Shown piece by piece: positions 9,675-18,085 of a DNA stretch of 64,000 nt; within the stretch, counting starts at the first letter, position 1; the number at the start of each line of letters is the position of its first letter. A model generated the notes under the pieces. The model had not been told where the DNA came from, did not search any database, and saw nothing but the letters and a program-made list of their open reading frames with translations. The DNA comes from Alphaproteobacteria bacterium (GTDB lineage: Bacteria > Pseudomonadota > Alphaproteobacteria > UBA7887): NCBI GenBank assembly GCA_965216755.1, contig CBDCGL010000011.1, forward strand, positions 32,001 to 96,000, given 5' to 3'. The translations under genes were made by a program, and so were the position numbers.

Positions 9675-10262
9675 ATGACCCAACTACAGAAAACGCGTTT
9701 TTGGAATCTCTCGTGCATCGCGGGGATCCTCCTAATATCGAGCGGTGCATCCCACGCCGGCGTCCAATTCGTGCCATTAAGCGCGGTTCCTATTGGCATG
9801 TCGGACGCACCAAACAACAGCGAAGGCGTGATATTGGTCCAAGCAGATGACATCGGCCCAGATGGCTTGAAGCGTCGCGGCGACGGCACTATCGACGACA
9901 CCCAGCCGGGTGTTGCAGCCGCTAATGACGATATCGGCCCAGATGGCTTGAAGCGTCGCGGCGACGGCACTATCGACGACACCCAGCCGGGTGTTGCAGC
10001 CGCTAATGACGACATCGGCCAAGATGGCTTGAAACGTCGCGGCGACGGCACCATCGACGACAATCAACTTGGTCGACCGAAACACGCAGATCGAGCGGAC
10101 CGGGGAGAGCGTCCAGAGCGTGCGGAACGCGATGAGAGAGCCGAAAGAACGGAGCGTGCCGAACGTCCCGAAAGGGTGGAGCGCCCCCAGCGTGCTGAAC
10201 GGCCGGAGAAAGTTGAGCGAGGGGAACGTGTAGAGCGAGCGGAGCGGGCCAATCGCGATTGA
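9675..10262 (+). CDS. Secreted low-complexity tandem-repeat protein of unknown function
   Basis: RBS AGAGG; signal peptide (SGASHA); 27-aa repeats DDIGPDGLKRRGDGTIDDTQPGVAAAN; ~19 x-E/D-R triplets at the C-terminus. Confidence 0.8.
   Translation: MTQLQKTRFWNLSCIAGILLISSGASHAGVQFVPLSAVPIGMSDAPNNSEGVILVQADDIGPDGLKRRGDGTIDDTQPGVAAANDDIGPDGLKRRGDGTIDDTQPGVAAANDDIGQDGLKRRGDGTIDDNQLGRPKHADRADRGERPERAERDERAERTERAERPERVERPQRAERPEKVERGERVERAERANRD
9846..10061 (+). repeat. 81-bp coding tandem repeat (2 full + 1 partial unit; starts 9846, 9927, 10008)
   Basis: Units are near identical at DNA level and in frame. Confidence 0.95.
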
Positions 10263-10689
10263 CAGGGTTTCGATTCTAAGATTCGCCTTCCGATCTGCGC
10301 CGTCGCCGACATCTGGGCGGCGGCACTTTTTCTGCCTTCACACCATCAATCGAATTTGATTGCTGGTCTATGTTTCGCCAGAATCGCAAGCATTGGGGAT
10401 GCATCGGAAAGACCGGTGTTGGCACCTTCCGGCTGTATTTCTTTTCATGTCGCCACTCCCGGTATACCCCAGATAGCGGACTCCGGCCCCGAAACGTCAT
10501 CTTTCCTGCAGTTCTTCCCGCTTTGATTCCGCGACCGGACTCGAATCGTTGGTGGGAGACATGCGTGCTCGTGACCCACAAGGGACATCATCGACTGCCG
10601 CCAAGCGAGCCTGAATTCGCCTCACACACCTTCTCTTGAGACAAGCCCAGAGCCGCCATACCATAGTTCCTTGGGGAGCGGCGAAAGGC

Positions 10690-13600
10690 ATGGCCCAAGC
10701 CAAACGCAGACTGGCGGCAATCCTGGCGGCTGACGTTTTCGGTTACTCGCGCCTTATGTCGGAAGACGAGGACGAGACGCTGTCCGCTTTAGACGCGCGC
10801 CGGGCAGTGTTCCACGCGCATGTTTCTGAACATGGCGGCCGCGTCGTCGATACGGCAGGCGACAGCGTTTTGGCAGTTTTCGAGACTGCCACCGGCGCAG
10901 TCGCGGCCGCCGACCGCATCCAAACTCAATTGACCGTGATGAACGCTAACCTGCCTGACCAACGGCAGATGGCCTTTCGGATCGGTATCAATTTGGGCGA
11001 GATCATCGAAAAGGGCGATGGCACCATCTACGGCGATGGCGTCAATGTCGCGGCGCGGCTGGAAGCCTTGGCGGATCCGGGCGGCGTGATCTTGTCAGAA
11101 GACGCCTTTCGACAAGTAGACGGCAAGGTGAAGCTATCGTTTGCCGATGCCGGCAGCCATACGGTCAAGAACATTGCCAAGCCGGTGCGCGCCTATCGGG
11201 TGGTGCCGGCCGGCACCGCCGCGGCGAAGCCGAAACGCAAAACCATCGTGCTGGCCGCCGCACTCGTTGTTCTGATCGTCGTCGCGGGCAGCGGTGCGTG
11301 GTATTGGACCCAGAGCAGGCCGATCGTCGAAGCGGATACCGCATCGGTCGAGCGCATGGCGTTTCCGCTGCCCCAGGAACCGTCGATTGCCGTACTGCCC
11401 TTCGACAATCTGTCGGGTCGGGCCGAGCATGATTTCATTGCCGACGGTTTGTCGGAGAACATCATCTCCGCGCTTAGTCAGGCGCGCGGCATGCTGGTGA
11501 TCGCCCGCAATTCCACCTTCACCTATAAGGGCCGGCCGGTGAAGGTGCAGCAGGTCGCCGAAGAACTTGGCGTGCAATATGTGCTGGAAGGCTCGGTGCA
11601 GGTCTCCGGCGACCAGATCCGCGTCACCGCACAATTGATCGACGCGCTGTCCGGCCGGCACATGCTTAGCGAACGCTACGACCGCGACCTTGATGACGTG
11701 TTCGCCGTGCAGGACGAGATCACGCTCAACATTGTTAGCGCCTTGCAGGTCGAACTCACGGAAGGCACGCAAGCGATTGATTGGCGCGGCGGCACAGACG
11801 ACGTCGAGGCGTGGCGACTATTTCAAGAAGGCCTCGTGTTGCATAGAAAGGGAACAAAGGAAAATAACGCACGATCGCGCGACCTTTTTCAACAGGCTGT
11901 TGACCGGGATCCCAATTATGCCCTGGCTTGGGTCTATCTTGGCTGGGCGGAGTGGGAAGACGCCACATCGGGTTATGTTCCGGACAAGGACGCGGCACTC
12001 GCCAGAGCGACGGCCTATGCCGAGCGTGCGGCGGAGATTGGGACCGATCTTGTCAATGTAGATGCGCTGCGCCCCTTCATCATACTCGATCGTGATGGTG
12101 ACTTTGAGGGCGCCCTGGCCCTGGCGGCACAAAACGTGGAGCGTGCGCCCAACCACGCCATTGCTATCAGCAGCTATGGCTTATTGCTGGAACTCGCCGG
12201 ACGTTCGGATGAAGCGATTGCGATGCTCAAGAAGGCGATGCGCAGCAGCCCGTATTATCCGGCCTGGTATGCCTTCGCACTGGCGGTTGCTTATGTTGAC
12301 AAAGGCCAATACGAACCCGCGTTGCCATTCGCAAAAGAGTATTTCGAGCGCCAACCAAATAGTCACAAAGGCGCGCCCCTTCCGCTATTGCTGTCGTACG
12401 CCGGCCTCGACCGGGAGCGCGATGTTCAGAGGCTTCTGGCGGAAGCGAAATCACGGGAACCGAATCTCTCACTGGAGGTCATAAAAAACGAAGTATGGGG
12501 CTATCGGATCGCGCCGAAGGTTTGGGAGAGTCGTGCGGCCCTGTTCCGCAAGGCTGGCGTGCCGGAACACTCACTGCGTCCAAAGTCGGACAAGCCATCG
12601 ATTGCGGTGCTGCCGTTCGACAATCTTTCCGGTGACCATGATCAAGAGTACTTCAGCGATGGAATCACTGAGGACCTGATCACAGACCTTTCCAAGATCC
12701 CGAGCCTATTTGTCATCGCTCGAAACTCTGCTTTTGCCTACAAGAATCAGCCGGCCGATGTACGCGAGATTGGCCGCGACCTAGGGGTGCAGTACGTATT
12801 GGAAGGCAGTGTCCGCAAAGCTGACGGCCGCGTGCGGATCAATGCTAAGTTGGTCAATGCTACCACTGGTGGGCATCTTTGGGCCGAGCGCTATGATCGC
12901 GAGTTGCGGGATATCTTCGCCATTCAAGATGAGATCAGCTGGGAAATCGCGACGGCTCTAGAGCTGACGCTAAGCGAGAGCGAGAAAGTAACCCTCGGTC
13001 AGAAAGAAACTGAGGATTTGCTGGCCTACGACGCGTTGCTGCGCGCGCGAGCATATCTCTATACCTATACCAAGGACACGAACGCCAAGGCGCGGAACAT
13101 GGCCGAGACGGCCATCAAACTAGACCCTGAATATGCCAGAGCTCACGCGTGGCTTAGCGTTATTCTGTTCGTAGCTTGGGAGTTTCAATGGGATCATGCG
13201 CACAATCTCCTGGATCGGGCTCTACAAGTAGCGCAGCGGGCCGTTGATCTCGACGAGAACCTAGCCGACGGACACATGTGGTCGGGATGGATATTACTTT
13301 GGAACGGAGAGCATGAGCGAGCAACTGCCGAACTGAGGAAGGCGATATCCTTGGAACCCAGCCTCGCAAGTGCTTATGCGTTTCTCGGTGAAACACTTAA
13401 CTATTCTGGACGACCGGGAGACGCGATCGGCCTTCTGGATGAGGCGATTCAGCTTGATCCAAAATACCCAGCAAACTTCGCGTTTAGCTTTGGTCACGCC
13501 TACTACCTACTAGGCCAGCACGATGAGGCAATTTCTGCATTCGAAGATGCACTAGCACGCGCCCCCGGCTTTCTTCCTGCGCATCGCGGATTAGCCGCGG

Positions 13601-13791
13601 TTTACGTTGAGTCGGGTCACATGGAGAAAGCTGGATCTGCGATCTCCAGAATCTTGGATATCAGTCCACAAGCCTCATTAGAACTATGGAAAGAGAGGTT
13701 GCCCTATAGGAGGCAAGACGTCTTGCACCGATTTGTAGCAGCGCTTGAAAAGGCAGGCCTGCCCGAGCGCTCTCATTCGATCACGGACTGA
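10690..13791 (+). CDS. Class III adenylate/guanylate cyclase - TM - two TolB-like/TPR modules
   Basis: RRLAAILAADVFGYS, AGDSV, RIGINLG, IYGDGVNVAARLE; TM helix; PSIAVLPFDNLSG twice (~11380, ~12595), each followed by TPRs. Confidence 0.92.
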   Translation: MAQAKRRLAAILAADVFGYSRLMSEDEDETLSALDARRAVFHAHVSEHGGRVVDTAGDSVLAVFETATGAVAAADRIQTQLTVMNANLPDQRQMAFRIGINLGEIIEKGDGTIYGDGVNVAARLEALADPGGVILSEDAFRQVDGKVKLSFADAGSHTVKNIAKPVRAYRVVPAGTAAAKPKRKTIVLAAALVVLIVVAGSGAWYWTQSRPIVEADTASVERMAFPLPQEPSIAVLPFDNLSGRAEHDFIADGLSENIISALSQARGMLVIARNSTFTYKGRPVKVQQVAEELGVQYVLEGSVQVSGDQIRVTAQLIDALSGRHMLSERYDRDLDDVFAVQDEITLNIVSALQVELTEGTQAIDWRGGTDDVEAWRLFQEGLVLHRKGTKENNARSRDLFQQAVDRDPNYALAWVYLGWAEWEDATSGYVPDKDAALARATAYAERAAEIGTDLVNVDALRPFIILDRDGDFEGALALAAQNVERAPNHAIAISSYGLLLELAGRSDEAIAMLKKAMRSSPYYPAWYAFALAVAYVDKGQYEPALPFAKEYFERQPNSHKGAPLPLLLSYAGLDRERDVQRLLAEAKSREPNLSLEVIKNEVWGYRIAPKVWESRAALFRKAGVPEHSLRPKSDKPSIAVLPFDNLSGDHDQEYFSDGITEDLITDLSKIPSLFVIARNSAFAYKNQPADVREIGRDLGVQYVLEGSVRKADGRVRINAKLVNATTGGHLWAERYDRELRDIFAIQDEISWEIATALELTLSESEKVTLGQKETEDLLAYDALLRARAYLYTYTKDTNAKARNMAETAIKLDPEYARAHAWLSVILFVAWEFQWDHAHNLLDRALQVAQRAVDLDENLADGHMWSGWILLWNGEHERATAELRKAISLEPSLASAYAFLGETLNYSGRPGDAIGLLDEAIQLDPKYPANFAFSFGHAYYLLGQHDEAISAFEDALARAPGFLPAHRGLAAVYVESGHMEKAGSAISRILDISPQASLELWKERLPYRRQDVLHRFVAALEKAGLPERSHSITD

Positions 13792-14218
13792 ACGAGAAAC
13801 GAACAACGGGAAGAAACAATTCATGTCTGGGCCCTTGACTGACGTCTATTAGGGTTCGAAGCCGGGATTTGATGCCGTTCAGTAGGCGCACACAACGTCA
13901 TCGCAACGAGTCAAAATGTAACGTCATTTCGTTGGCCGCGTATGTCGCCTGTTGGCTACTTTGGCACCTGCTACTGGTGTGGCAGACGCAACTGCTATGC
14001 CCCCATCAACGGACTTAAGTCGTTGAAATATCTCTTAAAGATCTGACTCCGGACTCAAATCCCAGATGGTCCACAGGCGTGAAGTTGACCCGTTCCGGAC
14101 TCTACAATCCCACGGTGTTGCCAACATTGCTTGAGGGCTTTGATCTGTGCCAATAGGCTTCACGCTGGCGTTCCAAACAAAGAATTTTTGGGGAAGCGTC
14201 TTGTGACGAGGAGGTCCA

Positions 14219-14653
14219 ATGACCCGAGTGGAGTTAGCAGAACTCGTACGGGAGTTCACTGATGCGTTCAATCGGGAGGATTTGGACGGCGTCATCGACT
14301 ATATGGGGGACGACGCGGTCTATGACGAATTTAACGGCCATCGGGCGGAGGGCGCAGCCGCAATCCGCAAGGCGTTCGAGCCGCAGTTCGCCGGCAAGTT
14401 CGGAACCATTCGCTTCCGCCAAGAAGACCTGATCGTCGACGTAGAGGCGAGGTCCGCGATGATCTCATGGACCTATACACTTGAAACGACTGAGCGCTTC
14501 GGCGGATGGCGCGGACTCGACCTTCTTTTCTTCAACGAAGCGGGCAAAATCGTCCGCAAAGAAACCTACGCCAAGACCGAGAAACCGGCGATGCGGCGTC
14601 TTGATCGCTGGTGCGAAATAGACAATTCGGACTGCACCGCTTCGGAGCGCTGA
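14219..14653 (+). CDS. NTF2/SnoaL-like family protein
   Basis: RBS GAGGAGG; LVREFTDAFNREDLDGV...DDAVY...G.AAIR...GLDLLFF..GKIVRKETY. Confidence 0.85.
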   Translation: MTRVELAELVREFTDAFNREDLDGVIDYMGDDAVYDEFNGHRAEGAAAIRKAFEPQFAGKFGTIRFRQEDLIVDVEARSAMISWTYTLETTERFGGWRGLDLLFFNEAGKIVRKETYAKTEKPAMRRLDRWCEIDNSDCTASER

Positions 14654-14830
14654 CATTTCGCTGGCGAAGGCCGCTCTCGGAGGCAATCCGGACCCGCTCT
14701 ACCGTGGCTCGTAAAGCTCCCTCATGCCCCGTAACCGAAGTCGGTGCTAACGGGTCAGTGATCTATTCTCAAATATTGCGCGGTCAAGATCGCGAAAGCG
14801 GAGCAAGGAAACGCATGAGACGCGCCATCG

Positions 14831-16024
14831 TCACGGGGTCGGCGACGGACGAGCCAGCGGCGTCGCCGGCATCGCGCAAACGGCTTGTGGCGCGCTAAGG
14901 TCGAAAGTGAAGATGTGCGGCGGTGTGCCGCGAAAGCCTTCCGCGCCTAGTCTCTCGCGAAAAATATGGGCGTCCTCGTATGTGACCGGGCCGATCGTTT
15001 CCGGAAGGTCGTAATAGCCCGTGATCAGCGATGAATACACGCAACCGGTCATGCAGTCCGGCCACGGATTCATTATTTGCGTCATACGTGTGAGCAACAT
15101 GTCGAATTCGGGGTTTGAAAGCGTCGGCGCGTGCGTGTGAATTAGCGTGAAGTCGTGCGGACCCCGCAATCCTCCGGCAATTGTCAGCATGACATCGGAA
15201 TCGGTCGACACGCGCTCGGCCGCGATCTCACTGTCGAATCCGAACGGAAAAGAATCGTCGACCACCAGTGTTCCCGAGCGAAGTTTAGCCACATCCACCA
15301 CGAGCGGTGTCGAGGTGGCGGACAGGATCAACGTCGCGGCGTCATAGAGGCGATCCGGCAATCCTTCGTCGCGGTCGATGACTACCACCTCGACGTTACC
15401 GTCGATGTGGGAAGCGTGGACCGCAAGTTGGGCCTTCTTCGCATGGACATCGACGAGGTAACACTTTTTTGGCGCGCCGTAGCGCGTCAGCAGGCGGAGA
15501 ATGCCCGAGCCGATCGATCCGATCCCAACGAACACCACGGTCTCGTCGCCAAACGCGCGGCCGCAAGTTCCCAACATGGTTTCGACGTTAAACGCGAAGG
15601 CTGCGACCACCGCCGCATGGCCCGTGGTCAGGCGCGGTGGCGGGCCTCCACTGTCGGCTATGCGGCGCGCGGCCATTGCCGCGACGATATCGCGGCCAAA
15701 TCCGGTTGCGGCCGGAATCATTCCGGTAAACGAGACACATTTCGCACCCAACTTTGTTGCGAGGTCGACCCCTTTCAGCGCCGCCGCGACGGTTTGGTCG
15801 CGATCCTCGAACAACATCATGTCCACCTTTGGGATGAGAACTGTGCCGACCCGCCCATATGCACATTGCCAGACATGCGACAACAGGGCCTCGCCGCCGA
15901 GCACCTCTGCCGACAAATCGCGCGCCGATTCCATTTCCCGAGAGTGCCGATCGAATGTCGGCCGCTCAGCAGGAAACGCGATCAGCGAGGCGGTGTCAAT
16001 TCGCGGCACCGAGTTGTCCGTCAT
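14831..16024 (-). CDS. Rossmann-fold oxidoreductase (predicted amino-acid dehydrogenase / acyl-ACP reductase-like, COG5322-like)
   Basis: LGAKCVSFTGMIPAAT, RLTTGHA, VVFVGIGSIG (GxGxxG), LVVDDSFP. Confidence 0.65.
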   Translation of the reverse strand: MTDNSVPRIDTASLIAFPAERPTFDRHSREMESARDLSAEVLGGEALLSHVWQCAYGRVGTVLIPKVDMMLFEDRDQTVAAALKGVDLATKLGAKCVSFTGMIPAATGFGRDIVAAMAARRIADSGGPPPRLTTGHAAVVAAFAFNVETMLGTCGRAFGDETVVFVGIGSIGSGILRLLTRYGAPKKCYLVDVHAKKAQLAVHASHIDGNVEVVVIDRDEGLPDRLYDAATLILSATSTPLVVDVAKLRSGTLVVDDSFPFGFDSEIAAERVSTDSDVMLTIAGGLRGPHDFTLIHTHAPTLSNPEFDMLLTRMTQIMNPWPDCMTGCVYSSLITGYYDLPETIGPVTYEDAHIFRERLGAEGFRGTPPHIFTFDLSAPQAVCAMPATPLARPSPTP

Positions 16025-16514
16025 CGTCTTCTTGCCCCTCTATAACCAATGCCTCGTCGGGCACCGTCTTTCGACACGCCGAACGAGCGGCGTTGGGTCA
16101 CAGCTGGCGATCGCTACAGCACCATAGATGATCCCCCGGGGCGCCACCATTGAGACGCCCGATTACGGTATCCTTAATCGCGCTGGCGGTGTTGCCGAAA
16201 AAGACATCAATCCCACCGTCATCGACGATCTGTTTGCTACACCTCAGCAAGCCGACATTCCCGAGTATCCGCCACGCGTCGAGCCGTCAGCGGTTTAGCG
16301 ATATTCGGTCTTGCATAGCCCAACGACATAGCCCAAAACGTTGGTACCGGCCATACCGCGAAGTCACCAAGCGATTGCGATGATCGCAAGTTTTGGGCGA
16401 TAAGCCGACATATCGGCCGATTCGACTATGCTAGCCCCGACTCCCGACGCAGTGTCGTAGCCTACATGGGGCATTGTGACCCAAACCAATGCTCGGCCGG
16501 TCAGCCCAATCGAC

Positions 16515-16700
16515 CTACTTCAACTCCGTCAGCAGGGCCTTTGCTTCTTTGAGGGCGGCAGTGTCGAAACCTTCCGTAAACCAGTTGTACACCGGAGCGA
16601 GATGGTCGTAGGCCTCCCACGCTTTGCCATGCGATCACCAAGCAAGCGGCGGGATGTGGCCGAGTGAAGTTCCCAAGATTTGGCTCGCTGCTGCGCCGTA
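16515..16700 (-). pseudogene. C-terminal remnant of adenylate cyclase/AAA-ATPase-TPR protein
   Basis: Minus strand reads QQRAKSWEL.SATS ... (frameshift) ... [28 protein letters not shown], the characteristic C-terminus of that family; no N-terminal part. Confidence 0.8.
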
Positions 16701-16743
16701 ATTGTTAGCCCTTATCCCATCGGATGAGTGCGGCGTTGCAGCT

Positions 16744-16986
16744 CTAACGCAAATCTTCGAGGTTCCGCACACGCGGATCAGGTGTCATGGAACACCGCCA
16801 AGTTACAAACCGGAAGACTTGGCGCCATGCCGCCGCCCTGTGGAGATCACCGGTTTTTGCCGCACACTCTGCCCATCGCTTGGCAACCAAAGGAGCGTCT
16901 CGACCATGTGTCTTGACCAACTTTGTTGCGGTGCGAACAACATCAATTCTCAGATCGTTCTCCCGCGGGCTAAGGGCAGCAATCAT
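16744..16986 (-). CDS. Small hypothetical protein
   Basis: IDVVRTATKLVKTHGRDAPLVAKRWAE...GDLHRAAAWRQV resembles a recurring small alphaproteobacterial family; start uncertain. Confidence 0.45.
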   Translation of the reverse strand: MIAALSPRENDLRIDVVRTATKLVKTHGRDAPLVAKRWAECAAKTGDLHRAAAWRQVFRFVTWRCSMTPDPRVRNLEDLR

Positions 16987-17224
16987 GCGCTATTCTCACT
17001 TTGCTGTAATGCAGCAAGAGAGGACAATGACAGATGTATGACGGGGATATTTGTGAACGGGTTCACTTTTGCAATTTGTGCCAACAACGGCCGCCTCACC
17101 GACGATGTAGTGAGGTGTCAGATGCCCCGCGGGCCGGCCAGATTTTTTGGCGACCACGGAACACAATGATCGCCTGCCTGTAATAACGAGCTATGCACGA
17201 ATCTTGGTGACGGGGGATGATCAG

Positions 17225-17704
17225 GCGGCGCATGTTCCAAGCGGTTCACCGTGCTCTTGCCCGCCAGCGGCGCCAAACCAGGACGCGCCGCTTCGAGCTT
17301 GCCCAGAACCGCGCCAAGAACCGGATCGTAGCGAAGCTCGTCGTGATCGATCACATCTTCATCGCCGAGCGCAATACCAAACACCCGTTGCCCAAGCAGC
17401 GTTCGGACATCGTGCACAACCCGTTCCGCGATACGACTATCTACGAAGCAATGGGCAAACCGATCGACCAGTCCAATCGCTTGATCGGTCGCGCCAAGCA
17501 ACAGAGAACCGGCATCAGAGGTGATGGCGCCACCATCGAAATCCGCGACCACACGGCGTCCATCAACGCGTGTAAAAACCATCGACTTCGGGGTACACTC
17601 TGTCGGCATTAGGGCGTTCCTCTGAGTTGGTTTAAGCCTTTCTTCCAAAAGAACTTTTCCATACTCAGTGCACCCATGCACTCATTTCTCGTGACATATC
17701 CGGG
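17225..17704 (-). mobile_element. Truncated IS1380-family element (left end + transposase N-terminus)
   Basis: MPTECT..F..VDGRRVVADFDGGAITSDAGSLLL...QRVFGIALGDED.IDHDELRYDP...LAGKSTVNRLE from ATG 17609, similarity lost after ~130 aa; putative terminal IR CCCGGATATGTCAC at 17704-17691. Confidence 0.85.
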
Positions 17705-17923
17705 TTAACCCACGGACGCAACGGCCCCATAAGATCACGCCGCTCGATGGCCAAGGCGGTCACATCGGCGTGTTTGATCTCCGGCCTCTGGGGATATGTG
17801 CAGCCGAACGCCTCGGCCACAGCGCGCTCAATCGGGTCGATTGTGGAACGTAGCTCCGGGCAGATCCGCTTGATCTGTGTCGTGATGTTACCGGTGTGAC
17901 GGTTACTACGCGTTTATTAGGTA

Positions 17924-17971
17924 AGACTTCGAATCTGAGGGTCGGGAGTTCGAATCTCTCCGGGCGCGCCA
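17924..17971 (+). tRNA. 3'-half tRNA-Arg fragment (not a full tRNA); probable att site
   Basis: AGA-CTTCGAA-TCTGAGGGTCGGGAGTTCGAATCTCTCCGGGCGCGCCA has anticodon loop, T-arm GTTCGAATC and 3' CCA; no D-arm or 5' acceptor strand upstream. Confidence 0.8.
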
Positions 17972-18085
17972 AGCGCGCAAATAACCGTTGTGTGTGACGA
18001 CTGAACTACAAGTAACCGTCGCTGTAAGTCACTTCGCCAAATCGGTTGCTTGCAACGGTTGTGGCTTCAAGTGGGCCACGTCTCT

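Noticed and set aside
9876-10050. RGD integrin-binding motifs in the repeat protein
   Set aside because: RGD falls inside RRGDGT; nothing else suggests host interaction, so likely incidental.
9846-10061. Direct repeats as a CRISPR array
   Set aside because: Units are contiguous, in frame (81 bp) and have no unique spacers; no cas genes.
17880-17971. Complete functional tRNA-Arg(TCG)
   Set aside because: No D-arm or 5' acceptor strand complementary to the 3' end.
17760-17972. ORF MARPERFELPTLRFEV
   Set aside because: Antisense shadow of the tRNA fragment.
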